Shown here piece by piece: positions 50,824-62,068 of a DNA stretch of 64,000 nucleotides. The notes under the pieces were generated by a model. It did not search any database and was not told the DNA's origin. It worked only from the letters and a program-made list of their open reading frames with translations. The stretch is from Yuukianura sp. NJ FZ-2021 (lineage: Eukaryota). The DNA lies in NCBI GenBank assembly GCA_046563655.1, contig CM102289.1, positions 8,866,001 through 8,930,000 on the forward strand, given 5' to 3'. The translations under genes were made by a program, and so were the position numbers. The first letter of the stretch is position 1. The number at the start of each line of letters is the position of its first letter.

Positions 50824-51281
50824 TGTTCAAACCTTTGAATAAAACAAGTTTTCCAAGAAAAAATGGAAAATGGAAACATTCAAATAAAATTGAAATTGTT
50901 GGTTTTTATATCAAAAAATAATAAGTAGTTCTGAAACACTTAAATTTTAATTCTATATAATTTTTTTGCTCTTGCCTTCTGAAAAAAAAATATTTGCAAT
51001 GATACACTGGCATAATTTTTGAAATTACAGTCATCTTTTTTAATTTCTAACATTTATAATCAAGTTCAACTGAAGCACAAAACAAAAACTCAACACGAAA
51101 AAGTTTTTATTTTGTTTTCAAAAATATGACTAAACCGATTTTCTAAAAATAGAAGTTCCAGTTGACCTTGAGTTGCATCGCTGACCTTTGTAGTTTCATG
51201 TGTTTTAGCAAACGCTGTTATATGCTTAATTGTTCAAAGTTGTTTTTCGGTCCAGCATTTTGGCAAGTATTTTTGTACTTT

Positions 51282-52192
51282 TCAGTAGTAGTAGACTCCA
51301 TACACTGTCACGGTGCAAAAGAGGCTGTTCTAAAAATCCAAAAAGCCGAAATTCAAAATTCAATTTAAAAAGTCGAGAAAAATCCAAAATTCAAAATTTG
51401 TCGAATGAGACATGATATGATGTCTCAGGTCATCTTTTGTATCTTACGTTTCTGAAACTGTATGATGCAGAGTAGTCTGAATCTTGGTCCCACATACATT
51501 TCGTTGCAGCCAGGATTCCTTGACCTCTGAGTTCACCAATCGTGACATGCGTAATGAGTTTGTAACGGTGAAACTCCAGGGCCTTCACTTTTTCGTTAAT
51601 TGACGTCGTCATTTCTCTGATCCACGCTTGAACTTCAGACGCCACGTACGTCTTTCCAGCAATCACTTCGCGCAAGGCTTCTTGAATGATAGCGACAACT
51701 TCTCCTGGACGAAACTTCTCAGAGTACTCGGGCCTGATTTTCTTCAGAATCAACGGAGCAATGACAGGAGCACCGGAACCTGAAAAATACAAAATTGTTA
51801 TGCGTAGTGTCACTTTTTAGAAGAATTTCATGTGTGTGACCTTGACCTTCTTCTTGACCTGGCACCGTCTCCTCTTCACCCTCCGATTCATGATCGCTCT
51901 CTTCCTCTTCTTCGAAATCTTCATACTCTTCTTCATCTTGAATCAAAATGGTTTAAAAATTTAAAGTTCCGTTTGTTTAGAAAGTGATTGTTTAGAAAAA
52001 GTGAAAACCTTCGCCTTCTCCATCTTCCATGCTGGTGACAGATTCGGCGGGAGGACGTTCCTGGACAGCAGAGTCACGTTCACGCTCAGCCTTGCTGGCT
52101 CTGCCTTCATTTGGTTCCGTTTTTTCAGTTTCTTCTTCTTCCTCTTCCTTACTACTTGGCTTCCGCTTCTTCACTTCTCCTGCGTCAGACAT
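51282..52192 (-). CDS. Tctex1-domain dynein light chain (TCTEX1D2/DYNLT2B-like), ~219 aa with acidic N-terminal extension
   Basis: Exons 52192-52009, 51936-51841, 51779-51448, 51329-51282. Tctex motifs RYKLITHVTIGELRGQG, CMWDQDSD and NSLFCTVTVYGVYYY*. Confidence 0.88.
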
Positions 52193-52394
52193 TTTCAAAC
52201 TTTCTTGCAACTTCGCACTAGAAAAGCGTCAAAATGTTTAAAATATTCAGCACTGATCAAATTCAATTCTCGCTCCAGAAATTGAAAACAGAACTTCGTT
52301 TCTTGACAAGGTAAATAGAATATCTTGCATTTCTTGCATGTTTTTTGGAAACTGAACAAACAGCGAACCTGATTTGTTTGGATTTTGCTAACAA

Positions 52395-52408
52395 AAACCC
52401 ATAGCAAC
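52395..52408. promoter_or_regulatory. Imperfect RFX X-box (GTTGCTATGGGTTT) in the divergent promoter between the Tctex1-domain and DNAI1-like genes
   Basis: One perfect half-site (GTTGCT-AT), about 200 bp upstream of the Tctex ATG. X-boxes are the established regulators of ciliary genes, but the second half-site is degenerate. Confidence 0.4.
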
Positions 52409-52915
52409 GATGTAAACTTTGAATTATTTTTAAAAAAGTTTTAGTTCGTCTTTTTCTGAGCCTATATTTTATACAGAATATTTTAGTAAATATACTTTAT
52501 ATAATGCTTAGTGAAACTTAAAGTTAATGAAACTTAACTTGTAACACACTAGGTGTCAGCCAAAATCAAAAATAGCACAAAAGTTTGTTCAATTTATTGA
52601 ATTTTTTAAAACTTCAGTGAATATGGCAAAACTGAATGAAAACAGGGAATAAAAGTCAGGCATTTATTGCCCTTCTTGATTTCAACGATTAATAAAACGC
52701 GTAATTTAGAAAATATTAGTTTAAAAAAAAAGAATTTAAAATATTTGAAATTATAAATAGAAATTGAAATCGTGAATTTTTTAAATGCGAGAGTTTTGCC
52801 AAGGCATTTTATCTTCCGTATCTTACTGCTTAAAATTCAGATTTGTTTTTTAATTTCCGTTTTATTGAAAACTTTTTTTCCGGAAATTTTCAGTTTTTTA
52901 AGTTTAGATTTTAAA

Positions 52916-55900
52916 ATGGCGGCTCCTGCAAAAGCCTTAGGGCGTCGTAAATCACATAGACGTAGAAAAGAAGATGATGACATGTACCGTGTGGCACCGG
53001 TTCAAAAACCGCCAAATCAAGAAAAGTTATCGGCAGAGGTAAAACATAGAAACTTTTTAAAAACTTTCAAAATCCGTTTGGTTTTGTTATTATCTAAAAT
53101 TCACTATTCTAAAATACTTCAGGAGCTACAACAAGAAGTGGTTCGAACCCTAACAACCTTTGATGCGTTGAAACCAAAAAACAATATTGTCTGGGACTTC
53201 AAGGAAAAGTTTGAACTCAATTAATTACATTTTCAATGCGAATTTTTTTCAAAATTTTGAAAATTGGTTGATTTTTCAGTGCGTTCATTCTTGCTGTGGA
53301 TGATGAGAGTAGTTACTCCACCTTGTTTTCAATGGCATCTGAACTTGTTGACCCCGGTGACGTTGGAGACGTTGATACAGACGAATTGGGTATTTCAAAA
53401 TCCGAAATTTTTCAAAAACTTGACATTTTATACGGTGACCTTTGACACGATTTGCCCAAGGTGACCTCATTGACGACATTTCTGAGAAAGAAGAAGATGA
53501 AAATGCACCAAAAGTGGAAGTTGTTGAGGAAGCACCAAAACCCGTCATCGCAGCCAAGTTGGCACCCAATGTTTCTGGCAAAACTGATGCAAAAGAAGAA
53601 GACATTGAGGAACCAGAAGGTGATTTCCAAAAACTGTTCAAAATTTAAAAAAAAATACTTTCAAGTTTTTTGTTTTAAAATTTAGAGGAGAAAGAAGAGG
53701 CTCCAGCGGCTGCTGGTTCCGAAGGAAGTCAAAAGAAGTTGTTGAATTTGTTCAATTTTTGTGAAAGAGCCGCTCAAACGGAGACGTTCAAACATCGAGT
53801 CAGCCTTTAAAAAATTACCCTAATTTTCAAAATTTTGATTCATTTTTCAAAAAATTTATAGGAGCATAGTGTCCAAACAGAGAATCCAGTGAAGGCTCAT
53901 TACAGGTGAGGTCAAAGGCCAAATGCCAAAAACCAAAAACTTTGAATCTCATAAAAATTTCTGGATTTTGAAATTTTGAAAATATCAGAGACATGTGCAA
54001 TCAGTGGATCATTTACGATGCTTACAAAGCGGATGCTGTCAATCGTCCAGTTGAAAAAGAAGCGGGAAAAGACGATTTTGTGCTGGAAGGAGATGAGAAT
54101 AATCCGGGTGCTGAGCATGCGCAAACGCATGAGGAACATTCCAAAGACACAATCAAGAAAGACGACTTGTAAGAAAACGAAGACTTTTTCAATCTCTAAT
54201 TTCCATTTAGTTTTCAAATTTTCATTTTTTTTTTAGAAAACTGGCGGAAAAACCAAAAGTGAAAATGCGGAAAGCGTCTTATTTAAGTGAAGGTTACCAA
54301 ATTGGAGGCGGCGACCAAGCGATCATGCTGAAAGCAGTTGACGGTCTTCGTTTCATGGAGAGACTCGTTGGATGCAACGTTTTTGAAGATGTCATTGAAG
54401 GTAAGACTGAAATTTTTCATAATTTTGCTTTTTTTCAAAATTTAAAACAAGTTTTTGAACCAGACTTCAAGTACTATGAAGATGGAGCAGACGAATACAG
54501 AGATCCGAGTGAGCCCATTTACGGTACACTTTTGCCTCTCTGGAAATTCCATTACGACAAAGCTAAGAAGATGCATGTCACGTCCATCAGTTGGTCAATT
54601 TCTGAACCTGACATGTTCGCCGTGACATTTGGATCATGTGACAACTTTTTTCAAACATGCGCATGCGTGAACTTAATCTTGAGCATAACCTAATCCAAGT
54701 TTCTCGTAGTTAACTTTATGCATCCCGTTCGGCATGGATTGGTCCTAGTTTACACTCTGAGAAATACGACGTACCCTGAGTTTGCTTGGACGGCCCCCCG
54801 GGGAGCCATGAGTTGTCACGTCCATCCGCAGTATGAATCTCCCATTTACGGTCACTTTTGGCCAAGTCCAAGGTTGCTATAGCAACGAAATAGTTTTCCT
54901 TTAACAGGTTAGGCAGTAAGTTCTGTTTTCGAAAAATCTTGAGTCATACAATTTTTTCTACCTTTCTTCTACAGCAATGGGTACTGGGTGAATTCACTTT
55001 TAAAAATTTCTTGCAAAAAGCTTAAAACTCGAGTTATTGCCTAACCTGTTAATGGAAAAGTATTTCTTTGTTTATCTACCTTGGCCAAGTCCATGTTAAT
55101 TTGTCCCTTGATTCACATTTTGGCGTGCTTTTTAGACGAAATTGTTTGGTGGCTGTGGGACTGTATGATGGAAACGTCGGAGTGCTCAACCTTGAAAAAA
55201 ACGAAGACAACCAAAACAGAACCGAGATTTTGAGAAATGTTGCCACGGTGCTGAAACACCGTGGTGCAATTTGGTCAGTCAAGTGGGGTCCGGATGACAT
55301 CGATGGCAATCCGGTCTTCTATTCGTCCGGTTTGGATGGAAAATTGATGCAATGGACCATCGGGACACCAGATACACAACAGTCAGGAGGTTTGCAAGGA
55401 ACGGAACTAGCGACATTTCATCTGCCCAACAATCCTGTTCCTGGGCCGGACGGAACACGATACAAGCTTTTTGGTTGAAAAAATTTGGAGAATCATTTAA
55501 AATTTTGAGAAAAAAATTGAAAAGTTTCCAAATTTTGAAATCTTAACTTTGCTGAATTTGTTAGGGTGTGGAAGGGTCCTTGCTTTCCATCCGAAAGAGA
55601 AAACGATTTTTCTGGTTGGAACAGCCGAAGGGAAAGTTTTGAAATGCTGTGTCAACTATGCCTCAAAATTTCAAATGGTTTTGAACAATTTCAAAATTTT
55701 GAAGAACAATTTGAAAATTTAGATAAATTTTGTTATGCGTGGTTAAGGTTTTTGATGCGCACTACTTGCCAGTGGCAGCACTTGAGTGGAACCATTACCA
55801 CACTGACATTTTTCTGTCTGCCTCGGAAGACTGGACAATCAAAATTTGGGATCAAGACACCCAGTACAGATCTTTATTTTTCGAAACAAATTTTCAAAAT

Positions 55901-56541
55901 TTTAATTTTGGAATGTGATATGTTTACTTCTTGAAAATTTTAGAGCTCCAATGTACATGTTCGAAGTGGGTGTGCCAATTTTGGACGCTTGTTGGGCTCC
56001 CTACAGCTCCACAGTTTTTGCAGCTTCGACTGACGAAGGGAAGGTGAGATTGGTTTCGATTACTCTTTGATTTTGTCTATTTTTAAAATTTTAAAATTTC
56101 GAAATTTCGAAAATTTGAAAGGTACTGGTGTACGACTTGGTCATAAACAAAGAGAGGCCAATCTGTAATCAACAAGTTGTGACTAAAAAGAAAGTTCGTC
56201 CACACCGCCTCCAGTTTAATCCTCTTCACCCAATACTCATTTTGGGAGATGACAAGTAAAAACCAAATTATAAAATTTTGATTTCATTTGTTGTAAAAAT
56301 GTTTTTGTTCAGGAGTGGACTGTTAACTCTGAAACTGTCACCCAACCTCCGGATTTTTCCAAAAGACAGTCGAAATATTTTTTACTTGGAGGGAGAGGTC
56401 AGAGTTCAATATGAAATTAACAAATTGAAAAGACTTTTGACTCTTGTACGGGATCCAGAAAGTATGCAATCAAACACAATTCAGGATGAACAACTACTCA
56501 CTGAATTTGAAAATATCGAGGTTACGAAACAAGAAAATTAA
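52916..56541 (+). CDS. DNAI1: Axonemal dynein intermediate chain, DNAI1/IC78-like (WD40)
   Basis: 16 phase-consistent exons: 52916-53038, 53123-53208, 53280-53389, 53461-53619, 53686-53798, 53862-53905, 53989-54168, 54237-54400, 54464-54637, 54710-54830, 55136-55473, 55565-55677, 55748-55863, 55944-56043, 56122-56255, 56313-56541. Motifs NLFNFCERAAQT, NQWIIYDAY, DFKYYEDGADEY..GTLLPLWKF, VAVGLYDGNV, FLSASEDWTIKIWD, WAPYSSTVF, LKLSPNLR. Confidence 0.9.
54871..55081. mobile_element. Non-autonomous TIR element (MITE), 211 bp, in DNAI1 intron, 12-bp flanking direct repeat TGGCCAAGTCCA
   Basis: Direct repeats at 54859-54870 and 55082-55093; termini AGGT...ACCT. Arm gaaatagttttcctttaacaggttaggcagtaa matches the reverse complement gaaatacttttccattaacaggttaggcaataa. 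Removing the element and one repeat copy shrinks the 305-bp intron to 82 bp, like its neighbours. Confidence 0.8.
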
Positions 56542-57178
56542 AACGACAGCTTTCTGTTCTGATAATTAACGTGGAATATTATTATTTCTTTTTATTTATT
56601 TATACTTCGATAAATGTTATCACATATACAATTTTTTAACCATTTACATAATTTTATATAACTTGGCATGACCTGAATCGGATTTAAGTCGAAAGCTGAA
56701 GTTGGTCTAAAAATATTCATCGCTTGGGAGTCTTTGCGCCAATTGTTTTTGGGTCGTTACTTGTCCCAGTTTCAAACGGAATAATAATAAGTAGCTTTCA
56801 AAAATGTAGACTAAAGTTCTCAAAATCTCCATATTTTATAACAATTTAGATACAATGATAAAATTTTTATTTTTTAAGTTATTTATTAAAATTAAAATTT
56901 TTTCATGAGATGAAAATAGAAGAGCCAATATATTTTACAATTTTTTTTTCTGTTTTTTCTGTGTGGTAGCCTTTTATTTCACTTTGCAAACAGAACGTCG
57001 AAAAACTAAAAAAAAACTATAAATCCACATTCTTCACTTCAAAATTCAAAAGAATACTTAAAAAATATGGTCGCACGATTTCGTTGAACTAAACTCAAAA
57101 AGTTTAACACTGAAAAAATAAAAATAAAAACACTTTACAAAAACATTAATTAAATGCATTCGTACGTTTTCAAAAATT

Positions 57179-58969
57179 TTAGTTTGGAATATTCCTCCAA
57201 AGATGGACACAAAAGATAACAGTCAGGACGGAATCCACACACAACGCCGCCGTCCAGGCCCCAAGGACCCAGCCATACGTCGGTACTAGAATACCCATTT
57301 CATATAGAATCAGCGGTACCAAGTTTACCGTCAAAGTGGTACCCACGACCTGGTAGAACACATAAACGGTATCTCCTGTTCCATAAAACAGGCTGTCCAT
57401 CACATTGTTGTACGAAAGTAGCACAAACGTCCAGCCAATGTAATTGAAATTCTGAGCCGACTGAGCCTGAACTTCTGGATTGGTTGGATTAAAATACTTG
57501 GCAATATCCATCCAAAAGAAGTATCCAAGCGTGAGCAAAATCGTGTCCCAGGCGGTAAGGGCTAAAAATGCTTCCTTTGAAGTCTCCCGAATGACTTTCT
57601 TAAGGGCTGGCCCCTTCGCCTCATGTCCAACGAGGACTTTAACGTAACTGGAAACAGAGTTGGTTGGAACCAGGAACACACCGAACATTATAGTCATGAG
57701 CAGATTCCATCCGCCGACTTGTGTAGAGCCAAGAGAATTTAAAAATTTCAAGGTCATCATGAAGTAAAAGAAGTTTCTAATTGCGGACTCTCCAAAATTG
57801 GGCCAACTGACGACGAAAAGTTCAGACATTTTGGTTTTGAAGTCTCTTCGAATTGAAATGTCCCACCAAAATTCCTTCAAACTGACACGTTCTATGACAT
57901 GGAGAAAGAAAAAGTTGACGAAGAGATCAAAACTGCTTTGAATGACCTTGTAAGTTCCAAGGTCATCTGAGTCCCACTGGAGACTGAAGGGACCTTGTCT
58001 AAATAGGAAGTAATTGAAGAGGAAAGTACTGATTAATTGAATTAGTTGAACGAAAATGAGGTGTCCACTGGTAGTTATGTAGAGAAAGTTGACCATGGCG
58101 TAATTCAGGAGCATCATGGGGAAACTGAAGGCGCTGAGCCATAGGAACCTCTTCGTGGCTTCGACAATCTCCGGCGGAGTGTCGATGAAACTGACAAATT
58201 GTTCGGTGAATCCGAGAATAAATGCTGCCAGTACAATTCCAGCTCCAGCGAGCAGCACAAATGCGAGCTTCAATCCGCCAAGCGCTTCCGACCGATTTTC
58301 TTTGTAATTCTTTCCAACAAAGTGAAACAAACTGGAGAAACAAAAAAAAGTGAAAAATTTCAAAACAAAAAGTAAAAAGTAGCAGACAAACGCTGAAGAA
58401 AAGTATTCAAAAGTTCAAAATGCGCGACGCAATCTACTGTTTTTTTTTTGTTTTTTGTTTTTTTTTTGAAAATTTTCAAAATTTTGATACCTGTTTCCAA
58501 TTCCTTCCTTGATGACCTCGAGAATGACATCGACAAAGGCAAACTGACCAGCCAGGGCCAAACTGTCCGTGGACGGAAGTGATCCAACATAAAACATTGG
58601 AATTAAATACGAAAGAGATGGAACGATATTGGCAAAAATAAATTTTGTCAAAATTTTGGACGGAAACAGAATTTTGACAGGTAGTAGAAGATACTGGCAG
58701 CATTTTGCGGTGGTTAAGCGTCTCAGTTTGGATATGAGCTTAATTTGACTGGAATGGACATGCGTCGAGTCATTTTGACTTTCGGCGTCACTGTCAGCCA
58801 TGTCTCCAACGACACTTAGCAACGGCGTAAATTCTTCTCCGCCGGTAGTCCTTTTCTTTCCAGAAGCCACCAGCACTGCCCCACCGTCCCCACCAGTGCC
58901 CCACCAGTCAGTCGCTTCTTTGAGGGAGTCCCTCCTACTCCGAGTAGTTTCTGACACAGTAGGTGACAT
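57179..58969 (-). CDS. MATE-family multi-pass efflux transporter (~543 aa), two exons
   Basis: Exon 1 58969-58491 (AG|gtatca, phase 2) joins exon 2 58331-57179 (tttctccag|T). Many hydrophobic segments; motifs LAGQFAFVDVILEVIKEG, FGESAIRNFFY, YNNVMDSLFYGTGDTVY. Confidence 0.8.
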
Positions 58970-60491
58970 TTTTAGACCAAATTTTAAAAAAAATACGCAC
59001 CCAAAGTAAGTTTTTAGTAAAATAAAATTAAAATTTGAAATAAATTCAATTTTTTTTTTGCAAATTCCAGTGCAAAAAGAGAACTGGAACTGCTACAGCT
59101 GTTGAAGCCGCAAATGCATTTCATTTTATAACGACTGAAAGTGTAAGAATTGCAAAAAGTTACCACTAAAACTGAACTGGAGTTGTTTGAAGTGTAAAGT
59201 TTTTGCACTGTAATTAGTGCCAAATTTTTTGCAAGTGTTGTATTTAAATAAGCCTCCAGAAAATAGAACTTTTAGGCACAATGCAAGGTAAGATTGCAAT
59301 GTCAGATTGCAGTCGACTAAAAAAAGTTATTTGCACAGAGAGATTAGTTAGAAAGTTGGAAAAGTTAAGCGTTCAAGGACGTTTTGCGAAAAAGTAACTC
59401 TTTTTTTTGTTTAACCTTTAGAACCATCTGCAAATCCACGCAAATCCGGAACTGATAAATCAGAAATCTATCGCAATCGCAACATGCTAAATGTCGTGGG
59501 CGAAGTCCCAACAAGCATGAGTAGCAATCTGGTCTAGTATAAAAGCTGATTTGCCTGATTAAAACTCGTGGATTACAGTTTCATCAAGAGTTTTCGCACA
59601 AGATTATAGGTATTATTGAACTTTACGAGGCTAAAGTTTAGCAACCTTAACACAAAACAAAGTTGTTCAATTACACACTTACAAAATTTTCAGCTGCAAA
59701 ATTTCAAAAACGAAAAAACCGTAGAAGACCGAGAGTGGGCGTTTTGCAAATTGCATGTAACATGCACTTTGTTTAGACACAAATCGATTAGCAGGTACCA
59801 ACTTTGAAAATAAAGCTTTCGCTAAAAATTCCTTGCTTCAATAACGACGAGCTACTAATAATATGGACAATACGGTTAAATATATTTCAAGTTTCAAAAA
59901 TTTTGAACAACTTGAAGTACACTGACTTGAAGTGACAAAAGTTTTCTGGAATTCCGGAACTTGAAATTTACCATGATAAACAACCTTTGCAAAATCTGAA
60001 ACGCTGAATTTTAACGTCATTTGGCGACGTCTAGGATTATGAAGCGTCTTTGTTTACCATCTTGTCAGAAAATTTAGTTGACAAGTTATGTTTGACTTCT
60101 AAACTTTATGTCGTGGGAAAACTAGAGAAAAGGAAAATCGTCACTTTGTCTGTGACAAAGAAAAATGAATAAAAGGAAACATTTCGGATGTTTGTAACTT
60201 AAACATGTAACTTAAGAAATTTGGTGACAATTTAATGTTAGGAAATTTTGTAAGAATAAGTGTAAATGACATAATGAGGAAATTATCACTAAATATTTTG
60301 AGTCTTTCCTTGACAGAATAAACTTAGTAAATATTATGTGGAAGAAGGCCGTGAAAGTAAAAGGGCGGATTACTCATGCGGATTTTTAACCTGTCGTTAT
60401 CCAAACTCAAATTCTGGTGACCTTAGTGTTACGTATTTGGTGGGTTAAAGTGTGAATGTGTCTGTTTTTTGGCAATACGGAGGAATGGATT

Positions 60492-61072
60492 TCAGCTGAG
60501 ATGGGTAGTTGCATCTTCGATGATTCGAGTTGCCTCTTTGTATTCCTCAGTCTTTCCGACAGCAGTATCACGATTCGAATCCACGAGTTCTTTCAGTTCT
60601 CCAACGGCCGTCTAAACATAAAAACAAACGATTGGAGTGAGACAATTGAATTGAATGGCCGATTGACGTAAAAACGAAGTGAAGACAACTATACCGTAAG
60701 GCGACGACAAACATCAGGAATCATCATCTCCGTTTCCCTCAAGCAGTTTTTCTGCAAATCCAGAAATAAATCAATCGTCACAAAAACGTCAGATTATCGT
60801 CACTGCAGTGTGCAGTTGGACAAATAGGAACAGAATTCCAAGCTCACAGCGTTTTTAAGGATTGTCGCTTCCTTTCCTTCGTTTTCATATTGAGTCACCA
60901 AAGTCCTCTGCTGCCCTGCCTCTTTTTCGTAACTCTGCTTGTCCTTCGTAAGTCGCTTGACAATACCGAATTTGATTTTGAGGGCCTTGACAATCGCTGG
61001 ATCTGGCGGAGATTCGTTTCCTTCTTCAGCGGCCGTCGTTCCGGAATCCTTGGGAGATGAGTCATCAGCCAT
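60492..61072 (-). CDS. TBCA: Tubulin-specific chaperone A (~133 aa)
   Basis: Exons 61072-60848, 60751-60695, 60611-60492. Motifs LKIKFGIVKRLTKDKQSYEKEA, LRETEMMIPDVCRRL and EEYKEA match the TBCA pattern. Confidence 0.92.
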
Positions 61073-62068
61073 GTTGAAACAAGCGACACTGACTCGGGTT
61101 CTGTTCTAAGAAATGACAATCAATATTTATAAGCCATGATAAACGCTTAATTAATTTGTGTAATAAATCTTACCTGTTAATTAAAATAAGATACGTAAAT
61201 TTAACAAAATGGAAACGAAATGAGCAAAATAAAAATAAAATGACCAAAACGTCAACCCACACACACCCCCGGTTTAATACGTCACCACATTGCACGTATG
61301 GGCAAAAATATCACCAATCATACATTAATTGTAGTAGTCAAATGCAACTAATCACAAACTTTCACACTAACTTTTACCGATATCGTTTCGTAATATTACT
61401 CGTATTTATTTATAATATGATAACGATAACCAACTCATTCCATTAATTAATTAGTTAGGTGTTTAAAAATAACAATTTCCACAATACAGCTTGAAAATGC
61501 CCATATCTGAATAGGTGATTGCGGGCCGTGAGTGCGAAATTTTCAAATCGTTTCAGTATCATATGTTTCCCGCCTTTATTGGGAAAAATTCTGAATGAAT
61601 TGTAAAAGAATGAACGTTCTTGGCAAATGGTAAATTGATTAAAATTTGGGCTGAAAATTGACCGGTTAGATCCAGCTTGGATACGTCAATTAACATTCTC
61701 CAACTGCCAATTCGGTTGAGTTTCGATAGATTGACGACGGCATCGTCGAAGTCAAAGTCGTCGACGCAGTCGCAAACGACGCAGAGCATGCATAGGAGGA
61801 GGGATGGGTGGTATTTCTTGAAAAAATGAATAGGAAGGACTACGGTACGCCCGAAATCAGGCGGAAGAAGTTAAATTCATCACCAAGGACAAGGAGACCT
61901 CACCGTGCGAAGTGCGAATTAATAAAACTCATTACGTTTGTTGTCGTTCTGACCGTGACCTTGTCATAACCATTTTCATTGGCATTGAACTCGAGACAGC
62001 AATCAGTCGTTACTGATAAGAACTAAATCGTTCATCCCATTCATCCCAAGATCCAAACTCCTATTACA

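Noticed and set aside
53200..53210. Apparent non-canonical GA donor in DNAI1 exon 2
   Set aside because: A canonical AA|gtttga donor after 53208 restores the frame (WDFKENAF).
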